Source: an uncultured Candidatus Saccharibacteria bacterium
Lineage (GTDB): Bacteria > Patescibacteriota > Doudnabacteria > UBA920
NCBI GenBank assembly: GCA_964402965.1
Contig: CAYODY010000001.1
Coordinates: forward strand, 72,002-136,001
Direction of reading: 5' to 3'
DNA: 64,000 nt
The notes under the pieces are model-generated. The model made no database searches. It was not told the DNA's origin and saw only the letters and a list, made by a program, of their open reading frames with translations. The translations under genes and the position numbers were made by a program. This document shows positions 30,725 to 41,243 of the stretch, one piece after another; within the stretch, counting starts at the first letter, position 1; each line of letters opens with the position of its first letter.

Positions 30725-31446
30725 TAAGCCTTTCCTCCTTGTTCTGCTTTCTTAAGTGCTTCTGAAATTAATTCTTTGTCTTTCGTCGCATCAATTTTTT
30801 GCTTAAGAATAGTAGATGTAGCGCTTACAACGATTTCAGCAAGTTCAGATTTAGCAGATTGGATCATGGCAACTTTTTCTTGTTCTAAGCGAGCTTTAGT
30901 TTGTTCTACTAGTTTAGTTTGCTCTTCGTTTGTGGCTTTTAATGTTTCTGCCTTTAATGCCTCTGCGTTTTGCTTCGCTTCAGTAATAATTCCACTGGCT
31001 TCTGCGCGGACTTTGTTAATTTCACTTTGCTTCCAACCTTCAAAATCTTGACGGTCTTTAGTAACTTGGTCTGCTTCTTTTAATGAAGCTTCAATTTTTT
31101 CAGTTCTATCTGAAAGTCCTTTTGTAACAGGACCAAAAACCCATTTCCATAATACAAAAATGATAATTCCAAAGTTTACTAATTGCGCTAGGAAAAGTTT
31201 CCAATTCAAACCGAACATTCCAACAATTCCAGTATCTTCACTGTGTTCTTCAGATTCTGCTGTCGTTGCTTCTTTTGGAGTTGCTTCTGTTGAGCCTTCG
31301 GTGGTTGTAGTTTCGGTAGTTGTTTGTTCTGCAGTAGTTGGTTTAGCTGTCGAGGCAGAAGCTATATTAACTACATTAAAATTGGCAAAAAATATAAATG
31401 CCAATGCAACAACCAAAGTCGAAATTGTAAAATATCTCTTTATCAT
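30724..31446 (-). CDS. atpF: ATP synthase F0 subunit b with N-terminal extension
   Basis: FGLNWKLFLAQLVNF TM followed by a coiled coil; extra signal-like helix and T/E-rich linker at the N-terminus. Confidence 0.92.
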   Translation of the reverse strand: MIKRYFTISTLVVALAFIFFANFNVVNIASASTAKPTTAEQTTTETTTTEGSTEATPKEATTAESEEHSEDTGIVGMFGLNWKLFLAQLVNFGIIIFVLWKWVFGPVTKGLSDRTEKIEASLKEADQVTKDRQDFEGWKQSEINKVRAEASGIITEAKQNAEALKAETLKATNEEQTKLVEQTKARLEQEKVAMIQSAKSELAEIVVSATSTILKQKIDATKDKELISEALKKAEQGGKA

Positions 31447-31530
31447 GTTCTATCAAAAATTAAATAATAATATTCAAAACATGCTCTTTTTTGTTGGCCA
31501 TGTGCAAACAAACAAGAGCAAATCTGATTA

Positions 31531-31800
<270 letters not shown>

Positions 31801-31930
31801 TTAAAGTCGTGTTTAAATATTTGAATCTAGTGCTGTTAAGTGATAAATATCAGGTTTCAAGTCTTACTTTTGTAAGTTTTGAACTCTGATTCAAACCACC
31901 AAAGTTTGTTGTGATCAAAATATTTTTGAG

Positions 31931-32782
31931 CTAAACAGTTGGAGTCGGTTCAAGATCTTCAGAATGTTCTTTATCGTGACTGACAATTGGCGTGGTCGCA
32001 ATGGTTAAATACACTAGTGTTAGCATTGCAAAAACAGTTGCCTGCACAACACCTACAATTATTTCTAGCGCCATGAAAGGCAAAGGTAAGAATACTGGCA
32101 GTATTCCTGCTAGTACAGTCAGTAAAACTTCACCAGCAAAAATATTTCCAAACAAACGCAAAGAAAGTGAAAGTAGTTTTGCGACTTCCGAAATAATTTC
32201 TAGCATTCCAACAAAAAATTCAATAATCGCAGTTAGGATCTTAATAGGACTTCCAGATTTAAAACCGTGCCATAGGTCGCCGAGTTTAATGAATTTATTT
32301 GCGTATTTAAAGAATCCTATGACAGCAATTCCCAAAAAGTGTGAGACAGTAACTGCAACAAGTGCCATTGCGATTGTCATGTTTAAGTCAGTGTTTGCAG
32401 GACGGAAAAGTGGAATAAGTGTTACTTCTCCGTGATGTATAAGGTATCTACCAACACTACCAATTCCTGGAAGTAAACCGATCCAGTTAGATACTAATAT
32501 GAAAAGAAATAGTGAACCAACCAACGGTAAAAACTGAATTGTTTTTTTGCGACTTTGTGTTACTGCATCGAAATACTGATAGAGCATCTCTAAAACGCTT
32601 TCGAAGAAATTCAATATTCCACCAGGAGCTTTGGATTGATATCTCTTTACGGCACGATTCACCAAAAAAGCGAAGACAACAAAACCCAACATGGTGAGTG
32701 TTGAGTTAATCACAGTATTTGTTACTGGGAAATTACCTATATGGAAGATCGCTTCTGCTGATAATGGTGGTAAGGCTGTCAT
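31931..32782 (-). CDS. atpB: ATP synthase F0 subunit a
   Basis: SLSLRLFGNIFAGE, NWIGLLPG, QATVF. Confidence 0.97.
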   Translation of the reverse strand: MTALPPLSAEAIFHIGNFPVTNTVINSTLTMLGFVVFAFLVNRAVKRYQSKAPGGILNFFESVLEMLYQYFDAVTQSRKKTIQFLPLVGSLFLFILVSNWIGLLPGIGSVGRYLIHHGEVTLIPLFRPANTDLNMTIAMALVAVTVSHFLGIAVIGFFKYANKFIKLGDLWHGFKSGSPIKILTAIIEFFVGMLEIISEVAKLLSLSLRLFGNIFAGEVLLTVLAGILPVFLPLPFMALEIIVGVVQATVFAMLTLVYLTIATTPIVSHDKEHSEDLEPTPTV

Positions 32783-32790
32783 TTAGTGAG

Positions 32791-33075
32791 TTAATCTATG
32801 AAATCTTTGTACAAATCTGAGATTCTCTTGTAAAACCAGACTGTGCTTGTTAATAGTGCTAAAATTAGGCTTAAAAATAGGAAAATTTGGTTATTATAGT
32901 GAACAGATGCCCATTTTCCTGCTGAACCAAAAAGAACCAATGGAAGAACAATTATGAAGCCAAACTGGAGGACAAAAGACATACTTTTCATTAAAGTAAT
33001 TTTCTTTTTGTTCGCCTTTTCTTGTTCAGTTTGGGAACTGGATACAGGTGTTGGCTCGATTTTTTCTTCGTTCAT
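32791..33075 (-). CDS. AtpZ/AtpI-family small membrane protein
   Basis: Two TM helices, first gene of the atp operon. Confidence 0.75.
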   Translation of the reverse strand: MNEEKIEPTPVSSSQTEQEKANKKKITLMKSMSFVLQFGFIIVLPLVLFGSAGKWASVHYNNQIFLFLSLILALLTSTVWFYKRISDLYKDFID

Positions 33076-33215
33076 ATATAGTTCTATCTAACGCAAAAAG
33101 TCTAACAAAAAAAGGTGCTTTTGGCAAGACAGGCTTTTTTGGGCAGGGTTGACTTTTTGTGCTTCTTTGTGATTAAAGCAATATTTGGAAATTTGAGTGG
33201 TGCTGAAGCTAAAGC

Positions 33216-33291
33216 TGGAGCCGGCTGCCGGACTTGAACCGGCCACCTACGGTTTACGATACCGTTGCTCTACCAGATGAGCTAAGCCGGC
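33216..33291 (-). tRNA. tRNA-Thr(CGT)
   Basis: GCCGGCTTAGCTCA...ACGGT-AT-CGT-AA-ACCGT...GGTTCAAGTCC...TCCA, 76 nt. Confidence 0.95.
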
Positions 33292-33336
33292 AAATTTGTA
33301 TAAAACTTATATAGCAAAAGGGGTTTTTATGATTTT

Positions 33337-33410
33337 TGGAGCGGACGACGGGAATCGGACCCGTGTCTCAACCTTGGGAAGGTCGCATACTACCACTGTA
33401 CTACGCCCGC
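33337..33410 (-). tRNA. tRNA-Gly(CCC)
   Basis: GCGGGCGTAGTACAGTGG...CGACC-TT-CCC-AA-GGTTG...GGGTCCGATTCCC...TCCA, 74 nt. Confidence 0.93.
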
Positions 33411-33482
33411 ATAGATAACTTCCACACAGATAAATTTATTATAACAAAAAAGCCCTCGTCTGAGAGGGCTTTTGAATGTAGA

Positions 33483-34421
33483 TTAGAACTTAAGAAGCTT
33501 GGAAACTTTTACACTCTCTTGTGCTTTTTTCAACCAGCTCGGGAAATCTTCAGTTTTTACAAAAATTTGTTGAATGTGAGTTTGCTTGGCTCCGTCTGGA
33601 CCATCATTGTTTAATTCTAAAGTTTTTAGAATATGTAATCCGTAACGGCTTGCAACTAAATTAGTATCTCCCACCTTAGCATCCTTTAAGCCTTCTTGGA
33701 ATTCTGGAAGTAATTCGTCAAAAATGATTACCCCACTGTCCCCTGCGAAATCTTTAGTTGCTTCGTCTTGAGTGTATGCTTTAGCTATTTCATCAAAGTT
33801 TCCACCAGAAGATAGTTTGTCTTTGAACTCTTTTGCCTTTTTGTAAGGATTTTCGTTCAAGTTTTCTTGTTTGTTGAACCAAAGCATTAACTGGGATTGT
33901 AAAATTTCTTGGCGGATCACTTCTGTTTTAAATTGCTCTGGATCCATCTGATATGTTTTTGTAAGTTCTTCTTTGAACTTAGCTTCGTCACCACCTGCAT
34001 ATTGCTTGATTATATTTTGGTATTCATCATCAATAGACTTAGCAGATGCAGTAACTCCGTATTTATTTGCTACTGCTTCAATTTTTTTGCTTTCTAATAA
34101 TTGATCGAATACGTCTGAACCACTAATTTCTGAAGTTGCACCTTGAATACCTGCAATTTGTTTAGCTAGATTAACTCTAGAGATAACTGTTTTTGCTGGA
34201 ATAAATTTTAAATCTACAATCGCCGCTGGAAGTGGTAAATAGTTAAAAACTTTTTCTTTTGTACTAGTAAGAGTGCCAGTGTAAAGCCATGTTATACCAC
34301 CGACGATAATGAAAACAATAACAATGACTATGCTTACAATCAAAAGTTGTTTAGTTTTCTTGCTCATATTTTTTTTAGCTGGTTTTTCAGCTTGGATTTC
34401 TTCTTCTGTTTCTTGTGACAT
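33483..34421 (-). CDS. SurA/PrsA-like parvulin foldase
   Basis: N-terminal TM, SurA_N-like helices, FDEIAKAYTQD...SRYGLHILK; start set at MSQETE to avoid overlap with the upstream gene. Confidence 0.85.
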   Translation of the reverse strand: MSQETEEEIQAEKPAKKNMSKKTKQLLIVSIVIVIVFIIVGGITWLYTGTLTSTKEKVFNYLPLPAAIVDLKFIPAKTVISRVNLAKQIAGIQGATSEISGSDVFDQLLESKKIEAVANKYGVTASAKSIDDEYQNIIKQYAGGDEAKFKEELTKTYQMDPEQFKTEVIRQEILQSQLMLWFNKQENLNENPYKKAKEFKDKLSSGGNFDEIAKAYTQDEATKDFAGDSGVIIFDELLPEFQEGLKDAKVGDTNLVASRYGLHILKTLELNNDGPDGAKQTHIQQIFVKTEDFPSWLKKAQESVKVSKLLKF

Positions 34422-34453
34422 TTTTCTTTTCTCAACACCCGAAGGTGAATTAA

Positions 34454-34825
34454 TTATGTTGATTTCGCAAAAATATACTCCCACCATTTTTGAGGATTGG
34501 ATTTCGGAGCTTCATTTTTATTCTCTGACTGATTCAGCATTCCACCCACTGGGTAATTTATTACTATTTCCCCATCTTTCTTTAATCCAAGCTGTTCTCT
34601 AGCTAACTTCTCTTTGTAGCTATCTGACGCGAAGTACTGCAAAGACTGCTCTAATGCGCTGTTCTTTTGAAGTAAATCTGCTTGTTCTTGTTTTAAAGCG
34701 TTTATTTCCGAATCAATTTTACGGCGTGTTTGCCATTGCTGTAATTCTAACCCAAAAACAGCGATTAGTACAATAATCGCACCAAATAAAAACAATTTAT
34801 TTTGAAAAATTTTCGGGAGTTTCAT
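34454..34825 (-). CDS. Septum formation initiator (FtsB/DivIC family)
   Basis: TM plus coiled coil, EKLAREQLGLKKDGE motif. Confidence 0.88.
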   Translation of the reverse strand: MKLPKIFQNKLFLFGAIIVLIAVFGLELQQWQTRRKIDSEINALKQEQADLLQKNSALEQSLQYFASDSYKEKLAREQLGLKKDGEIVINYPVGGMLNQSENKNEAPKSNPQKWWEYIFAKST

Positions 34826-34855
34826 GTAATCTAAACGACGTGTATTGAGGTATGT

Positions 34856-35425
34856 TTATATTATTCTTTGATCTTTTTTAGTGTAACCTGCTCGTTCTTG
34901 AAGATGCTCTATGTCATCTGTGCTAAAAGCGTGATCAGATTTATTCTTTGTTGCACGAGCATGCATGTCCCATAGATAGTCTTTTATTTCCATTGGGGTA
35001 TTTACATTTTTCATAATCATAGGTTCCATTAAACCCACAACTTGAATTTCAACATTACCATACCCGACAAACGAGGAAATAATTCCTTCAGTTTTATAGC
35101 TAACGTTTAGAACACGTTCGTGTGGTGTTTCTACAACAGTCTTTTTAAATAGACTTTTCTGATCATAGTGAATTAAGCGCAAGTTTGTTACTACGTAGGT
35201 ATTTTTATACCAAAGGTAAACTTCGTAAAGTAAATGAACAGCTACTATGAAAGTCCAAAACCAAAGTACGGTAGTTATGATTCCCCCGTAACCTCCGTAT
35301 CTTAGTACAAAGTACCAAGGAATAATTACAGTGAAAATACTCATGGTAATTGGATGAATTAGAACAAAACGACTTTGTCGGTATGTTTCTCGAATGTGTT
35401 CATCTTGTTTTAAAGCGATGTCCAT
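34856..35425 (-). CDS. Bacterial PH-domain membrane protein
   Basis: Two TMs, YVVTNLRLI, GYGNVEIQ. Confidence 0.8.
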   Translation of the reverse strand: MDIALKQDEHIRETYRQSRFVLIHPITMSIFTVIIPWYFVLRYGGYGGIITTVLWFWTFIVAVHLLYEVYLWYKNTYVVTNLRLIHYDQKSLFKKTVVETPHERVLNVSYKTEGIISSFVGYGNVEIQVVGLMEPMIMKNVNTPMEIKDYLWDMHARATKNKSDHAFSTDDIEHLQERAGYTKKDQRII

Positions 35426-35461
35426 AGTATTAAATTTGAATTTAGTTAGGTGTATTCGAAG

Positions 35462-35593
35462 TTAAATAGCAAAAACACTGCCGACCATTGAAATACAAAT
35501 TAGTGCAGTTACTATGATAAAGATAAATTGCAAAATATTGCGATTTTTATTTGGGCGAATTTCTTTGCCATTTTTTAATTTGGTTTTGCTCAT
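35462..35593 (-). CDS. 43-aa tail-anchored small membrane protein, absent from the ORF track
   Basis: MSKTKLKNGKEIRPNKNRNILQFIFIIVTALICISMVGSVFAI fills the gap between lepA and the PH-domain gene. Confidence 0.65.
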   Translation of the reverse strand: MSKTKLKNGKEIRPNKNRNILQFIFIIVTALICISMVGSVFAI

Positions 35594-35623
35594 TTTTGTA
35601 ATTTACTTTTGAAGTTGTTTAGA

Positions 35624-37441
35624 TTATTTTTTAAGAACAGCTAAGAAAGCTTCTTGAGGTATATCAACTTTTCCTACACGCTTCATTCTTTTCTTTCCAA
35701 TTTTTTGCTTTTTCAATACTTTCATTTTACGAGTAACATCACCACCGTACAAACCAGTTGTTACGTCTTTACGGAATGCCGAGATTGTTTCGCGGGCAAT
35801 AACTTTGGCACCAATGGCCGCTTGAATGGCAATTTCAAATTGTTGTCGTGGAATTAGCGTTTTTAGTTTGGATACAAGTTCGCGACCTTCGGTTTCAGCA
35901 AATTGTTTATGCATTATTGCCGCCAATGCTTCTACTTTTTCACCACCAACTAAAATATCTACCTTTACTAGCTCGCCTGCACGTAATTCTATGAATTCAT
36001 AGTTTAAGGAAGCATAGCCACTAGAAACACTCTTAAGTTTATCATAAAAATCCATAATAATGTTTGCTAGAGGCATTTCGAAAGTCATCTCTACTCTTTC
36101 ACTTCCAACATATTTGATGTCTCCACTCAAACCACGACGTTGAGTAACAATTTCCATAATTGAACCTATGTATTTGGAAGGAGTAAGTATATTTACGCGC
36201 ATCCAAGGTTCACGGATTTCTTTTATTCCAGAAGGATCTGGAAAACGTGCAGCGCTGTAAACAGATTCCGTAGTTCCATTAGTTAATACGATTTCATAGG
36301 CAACACTTGGTGCGGTAAGTACAAGATCTAAATTATATTCTCGAGTTAGACGTTCTTGAACAATGTCCATGTGAAGCAAACCCAAAAAACCAGTGCGAAA
36401 ACCAAAACCAATGCTTGGGATATTTTCAGGTTCGTATTCTAGAGCTGAGTCGGAAAGTTTTAGTCTATCCATAGCTTCACGAAGCATTGGGTAGTCATCC
36501 CCACTTACTGGGAAAATACTGGCATAGACCATTGGGGTTACATGTTTGTAACCTGGTAGGATTGCAGTTTCTGTTTTTTTGGATGCCAAAGAAATTGTAT
36601 CTCCTACTCTAGCTTTGCTAACATCTCGTAGACCGGTAACTATGTAGCCTACTTCACCAGTTTCAATGGCTGAACTTTTATCCATTTGAGGTTTAAAGAA
36701 ACCAACTTCCAGAGCTTCAGCAGGAGTCTGACTTCCTAACATAAATAGTTTATCTCGTGCTTCAAGTCGTCCATCTACGACACGGATGTATGTAACTACC
36801 CCGCGATGAATGTCGTACATAGAGTCGAAAATTAGAGCACGCATCGGTGCTTCTGTGTCGCCTTTTGGTGCAGGGATTCTATTTACTATTGCCTCTAAAA
36901 TTTCTGGAACACCTTCCCCTGTTTTTCCTGACGCGTACAGAATCTCTTCTTCTTTAAATCCAAAAACAGACATAAGTTCTTCTGCGGTTTTTTTGCGATC
37001 CGAATTTGGCAAGTCTATTTTATTTACAACAGGAATAATAGTAAGATCGTGTTCTACGGCTAAGTACGCATTCGCTAAAGTTTGAGCTTCAATCCCTTGA
37101 GTGCTATCTACGACTAAAATTGCTCCCTCACATGCCGCAAGTGAACGTGATACTTCATAAGAAAAATCTACGTGACCAGGAGTATCTATTAAATTCAAAA
37201 TGAAGCGCTCTTTAGACTTTTCTGTCGTAGTAGGCGCTTCGTAGTCCATGCGAACTGGTTGAAGTTTAATAGTAATTCCACGTTCCCGTTCAATATCCAT
37301 TTGATCGAGTAACTGCTCTTTCATTTCCCGTTTAGTGACTGTGCCTGTGATTTCTAGCAGTCTATCGGCTAATGTGGACTTGCCATGGTCAATGTGCGCT
37401 ATGATGCAAAAATTGCGGATGTGGTCTTGTTTTAGTGCCAT
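35624..37441 (-). CDS. lepA: Elongation factor 4 (LepA)
   Basis: IIAHIDHGKSTLADR, DTPGHVDF, GFLGLLHM, YGGDVTRK. Confidence 0.98.
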   Translation of the reverse strand: MALKQDHIRNFCIIAHIDHGKSTLADRLLEITGTVTKREMKEQLLDQMDIERERGITIKLQPVRMDYEAPTTTEKSKERFILNLIDTPGHVDFSYEVSRSLAACEGAILVVDSTQGIEAQTLANAYLAVEHDLTIIPVVNKIDLPNSDRKKTAEELMSVFGFKEEEILYASGKTGEGVPEILEAIVNRIPAPKGDTEAPMRALIFDSMYDIHRGVVTYIRVVDGRLEARDKLFMLGSQTPAEALEVGFFKPQMDKSSAIETGEVGYIVTGLRDVSKARVGDTISLASKKTETAILPGYKHVTPMVYASIFPVSGDDYPMLREAMDRLKLSDSALEYEPENIPSIGFGFRTGFLGLLHMDIVQERLTREYNLDLVLTAPSVAYEIVLTNGTTESVYSAARFPDPSGIKEIREPWMRVNILTPSKYIGSIMEIVTQRRGLSGDIKYVGSERVEMTFEMPLANIIMDFYDKLKSVSSGYASLNYEFIELRAGELVKVDILVGGEKVEALAAIMHKQFAETEGRELVSKLKTLIPRQQFEIAIQAAIGAKVIARETISAFRKDVTTGLYGGDVTRKMKVLKKQKIGKKRMKRVGKVDIPQEAFLAVLKK

Positions 37442-37491
37442 ATGAGGCTAATTATAGCAAGAATTGTACTAAAAACAAAGAGTTTTCGTGG

Positions 37492-39111
37492 TTATGCTTG
37501 TTTGCGAATAAATCGCCAAAGTTTTAATACTCCTCTCCAAATTGCCTCTGATTCCAAAATTCCCCAGGCACGTGTTGCAACAATATAAACTACAGAACCA
37601 ACAGTTGTAGCAATCCCTGCTTGTAGGAAAATACCAATGACCGTATGAGTATTTACTAAAGGATCCATAACATACAAAGTTGCGTAAGTTGCAAGACCAA
37701 GTAAAATGCTAGCAAGTAAAATTTTCAAACTTTGTGTGACTATTGTACTATCGAATACTTCCAAGCTTTTTGGAGAAGCTTTTGAATCATTTTTAAATAC
37801 TCTATGAAGATATATGAAAAGTAATATGCATTGAACAGTGCTTGCAATCACGAACCCTAGTGCAATACCTACAACTCCTAAACCTTGCGCTAGTGAGTAA
37901 GAAAAAACTGCGTTAATTAGCATTCCTGTTAAACTAATTGCAACTGGGGTTTTTGTATTTTGTCTTGCGTAAAATGCTCTTGCAAACAATGGAGTTAAAC
38001 TTTGAGCAACAAGTCCTAAAGCCAATATTCCCAATGTGTTGAATGTGATTATTGTACAATTCCAATCACATCTGCCATAACCAAGCAGTAAACGAACAAT
38101 GTGAGCGCGGAGAAGTAGCAAGAAAATTGTCATTGGGATTACGAAGTACAGAACTTTAATGATTGTATGTTGTAGAGAACTGATGAAGCCTATTAAATCT
38201 TGTTTTGCAAAATATTCAGAGAGCACTGGAAAAATTGCTACTGCACTAGAAAGAGCAAAGATTCCAAGTGCAACTGCTTGAATGTTGTTTGCATAGTTAA
38301 ATGCTGTAATTGAACCAGTTATTAAACCTGAACCTATTATCGAAACGATTACTAAGTTTATGTATGAATTGTCTAGCCCAACTATTCGCGGTAAAAATAG
38401 CGCGCCAATCTTTTTTACTCCAGCATCTCTAAATTCCAATTGAGGTTTCCATCTATATCCAAAACGAATTGCTTCTGGAATTTGGACTGAGACATGTAAC
38501 AGCGCTCCAGCTATTACACCATAAGCAAGTCCAGCTAAACCAAACTTGGGGTACAAAAAAATTATTCCAAAAATAATTCCTAGGTTGTATAGAATTGGCG
38601 CAATGTTAACAATTAAAAACTTTTTCAAACTAATTAAGACGCTGGACATTACGTTTGAAATAGTAAAGATAATTGGTGAGAGCAACATAATTTGAGTTAT
38701 GTGCGCTGTCTTCAATATTTGGTCTGGTGTAAAACCAGGGGCAATAAGTTTAGTTAAGGGTTTGGCCAAAAGGAAAATGATTAGACAAATTACAATCATT
38801 CCACCTGCCGAAATGTTCATAATGCTGTTGGCAATTGTAAATGAGCGAGGCTTATCTTTTAAATAGTATTCACTAAAAACAGGAATAAAAGCCACGCTCA
38901 AAGTTCCAAGAATTAGTAAGTTGTAAACTAGATCAGGGATTCTAAATGCTGTGAAATATATGTCTGAATCTGCACTCAAACCTAGATGGCTAGCAAGCAA
39001 AATATCACGAACAAAACCCATTACGCGTGACAGCAATGTAAACGATGCAATAATTATAGTTGCTTGACCAATGTGAAAAGTTGATTCTAGTTGTTGGAGT
39101 TTTTTAAACAT
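37492..39111 (-). CDS. murJ: Lipid II flippase MurJ
   Basis: SRVMGFVRD, AFRIPD, RAFYARQNTKTP; start set at MFKKL. Confidence 0.93.
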   Translation of the reverse strand: MFKKLQQLESTFHIGQATIIIASFTLLSRVMGFVRDILLASHLGLSADSDIYFTAFRIPDLVYNLLILGTLSVAFIPVFSEYYLKDKPRSFTIANSIMNISAGGMIVICLIIFLLAKPLTKLIAPGFTPDQILKTAHITQIMLLSPIIFTISNVMSSVLISLKKFLIVNIAPILYNLGIIFGIIFLYPKFGLAGLAYGVIAGALLHVSVQIPEAIRFGYRWKPQLEFRDAGVKKIGALFLPRIVGLDNSYINLVIVSIIGSGLITGSITAFNYANNIQAVALGIFALSSAVAIFPVLSEYFAKQDLIGFISSLQHTIIKVLYFVIPMTIFLLLLRAHIVRLLLGYGRCDWNCTIITFNTLGILALGLVAQSLTPLFARAFYARQNTKTPVAISLTGMLINAVFSYSLAQGLGVVGIALGFVIASTVQCILLFIYLHRVFKNDSKASPKSLEVFDSTIVTQSLKILLASILLGLATYATLYVMDPLVNTHTVIGIFLQAGIATTVGSVVYIVATRAWGILESEAIWRGVLKLWRFIRKQA

Positions 39112-39112
39112 A

Positions 39113-41236
39113 TTATTTGTGTAGTACCAGACCAAAGAATGAGTCAGATTTTAATGATGAATTAAAAATTCCAGTTTCCCATGCTCTATTCCAGTCATCC
39201 GCCTTTACTTCGTATTCAAAGTTTTGTTCTAAAGTACCAGGTTGTTTTTGAACAATTAAACTTAAATGGTCAACAGGTTTTAATTTAAAAGGTAAGGCAT
39301 AGGTTAATGTAACCGTCTTAGACTCTCCCCCATTTACAACAAGCCAATTTCCAAACCAAGTTTTTCCAGATTCTTTTCCAATGTTAGTACCACTGACTGT
39401 ATCTTGTTTTACTTCAGCTTGCCAATTTTTCACAAATTCATCTTGCACATAACCTGTTAAGTCTAAACGAGGAATTTGAATGTCTGAATTAAATCCACTA
39501 CTTGAAATTAAATTTGAACCTTCCGGAACATAGAATCTAATGAAACTTTTATTTTCCAAACCTGCTTCATTAGGAAGTGGATTTGTAACAGTAAATTTTA
39601 TGGTATTTGTAATAACTCCTTCCTTCGTAATTTCTGAAAGAAGTTTACTGGAACGCTGAATATACCTATCTGTTTTTGTTCCACCTAGGTTGGAAGTAAC
39701 TATGCCTAAATAGTCGCGGTCTGTCTCTGCAAGTTTTCCTCCCCAGTTCAATGCGAGAATTTTATTTTGTAACTCAGTTGACCTTGACCATAGAAGGATT
39801 TGCTTTTGAGATAAATTCTTCTGCATTACTTCAATGTAGTTCATTAATCCACCAGAACTACTTAGTTTGTCCATGAGTATTGGAAAGAAATCCGCCAAAA
39901 ATTGTTTTGGTTGATTAAGCGTTTTGTCATAGTTCACTGAAGTTTCAGTTTGAGTTTGTTCTATGAAATTATCTTTTGTCAGAGTTACATTGTGTTGTGG
40001 AAGTGTAATTGGACCAGTTTTGTCGAGCATGTCCAAAATTACTTCTGGGGTAAGAACTATAATTAAATCTGGAGTTTCTCCACCTTCTTTTTCGTACATA
40101 GATGAAATTCTGCTAGCACTTTCTGGAAAACTCGCAAACCAATTGCTGTCACGCAAAAACCATTTATCGTTAACGGCGATTATTGGTTGAGGTGGTACAA
40201 TGTTTTCTTTGAGTTGTCCGTCGTAATCGTAAACGCTTCTGATATCTAAAGATTTAATGCTTCCATCTACTAAAGTAGCTTTTCCTACAGTTCCCATAAA
40301 CCCACCACTCGCTCTTAACTCATTGTTGTTTTGGAAAACAATAAGGACATTTTTTTGTCCAAGTAAAATTTGGAATAACAAAGAATATACATCTTTCACT
40401 GTGTCAGAGTTGGTTTGGAATATTGTTGCAATATCTTTTGCTGCAATGAATTGAGATCTCTTGCTTTCAGGAATTGTACTAATAGAAACTTTGTTAAGTT
40501 TTTCTGCTGCCAAATTTACACTCATTACACTTGAGTCAAGTAATTGCTGTGCTTTTTCTAAAGTTTGTTTATTCTTTGTTCCTGCGTCTAAACCAATAGC
40601 TCCAATTTTTACTGTGCTGAGTAGTTGTAATAATTGAGTTGTTTGTATTCCAGCTTGAGTAATTAGTTGAGCGGAAGAAATTAAATTATCTGCGTCGTAT
40701 TTTTGTGGGATTACTGCTAACACGCCTTGCAACGCTAAGTCTGCAGAATCCAAAGTTTCTTTGCTGTTCTTAAATGCTTCTAATGCTTTTGTAAGATGTT
40801 GTTGTGTTAACTCAAAGTTTTGAGATTCTAGAGATGTTTTTGCTTCTTGAAGATAATTTAATCCTGTATCACTTGTCCCCAATACGCGACCCTTTACTTG
40901 CATACCACTTGCTACAAGATTTAAACCGTAAATTCCAGTCACTGAAATTAAAACAGTTAAAGAGAAAATAGCAATTTTCCTTCTAAAATACACTAAGTGA
41001 ATTTTAGTGAAAATACTTTTTGTTCTTGATGGTATTGAATAAATAAATTTTATTATCGTAATCGGAAGTTTAATTATTTCTATTACTCCAAATCCTACAA
41101 TGTAGCACAAGTTAACGAGTGATTTTATTAAAAAAATGAAGAATCTTATTATGTTTCCAAAAACACCAGTTTGTTTTGTATACGAAACTGGTTCAACTAA
41201 ATCATGGTGCAAATAAAATTTTACTTCTTTTTTCAT
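39113..41236 (-). CDS. DUF4012-type membrane-anchored protein
   Basis: FQNNNELRASGGFMG, RDSNWFASFP, N.GGTKTD, QKQPG. Confidence 0.82.
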   Translation of the reverse strand: MKKEVKFYLHHDLVEPVSYTKQTGVFGNIIRFFIFLIKSLVNLCYIVGFGVIEIIKLPITIIKFIYSIPSRTKSIFTKIHLVYFRRKIAIFSLTVLISVTGIYGLNLVASGMQVKGRVLGTSDTGLNYLQEAKTSLESQNFELTQQHLTKALEAFKNSKETLDSADLALQGVLAVIPQKYDADNLISSAQLITQAGIQTTQLLQLLSTVKIGAIGLDAGTKNKQTLEKAQQLLDSSVMSVNLAAEKLNKVSISTIPESKRSQFIAAKDIATIFQTNSDTVKDVYSLLFQILLGQKNVLIVFQNNNELRASGGFMGTVGKATLVDGSIKSLDIRSVYDYDGQLKENIVPPQPIIAVNDKWFLRDSNWFASFPESASRISSMYEKEGGETPDLIIVLTPEVILDMLDKTGPITLPQHNVTLTKDNFIEQTQTETSVNYDKTLNQPKQFLADFFPILMDKLSSSGGLMNYIEVMQKNLSQKQILLWSRSTELQNKILALNWGGKLAETDRDYLGIVTSNLGGTKTDRYIQRSSKLLSEITKEGVITNTIKFTVTNPLPNEAGLENKSFIRFYVPEGSNLISSSGFNSDIQIPRLDLTGYVQDEFVKNWQAEVKQDTVSGTNIGKESGKTWFGNWLVVNGGESKTVTLTYALPFKLKPVDHLSLIVQKQPGTLEQNFEYEVKADDWNRAWETGIFNSSLKSDSFFGLVLHK

Positions 41237-41243
41237 TTAAAAT

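Noticed and set aside
33336-33614. 92-aa plus-strand ORF
   Set aside because: Antisense to tRNA-Gly and the end of the foldase gene.
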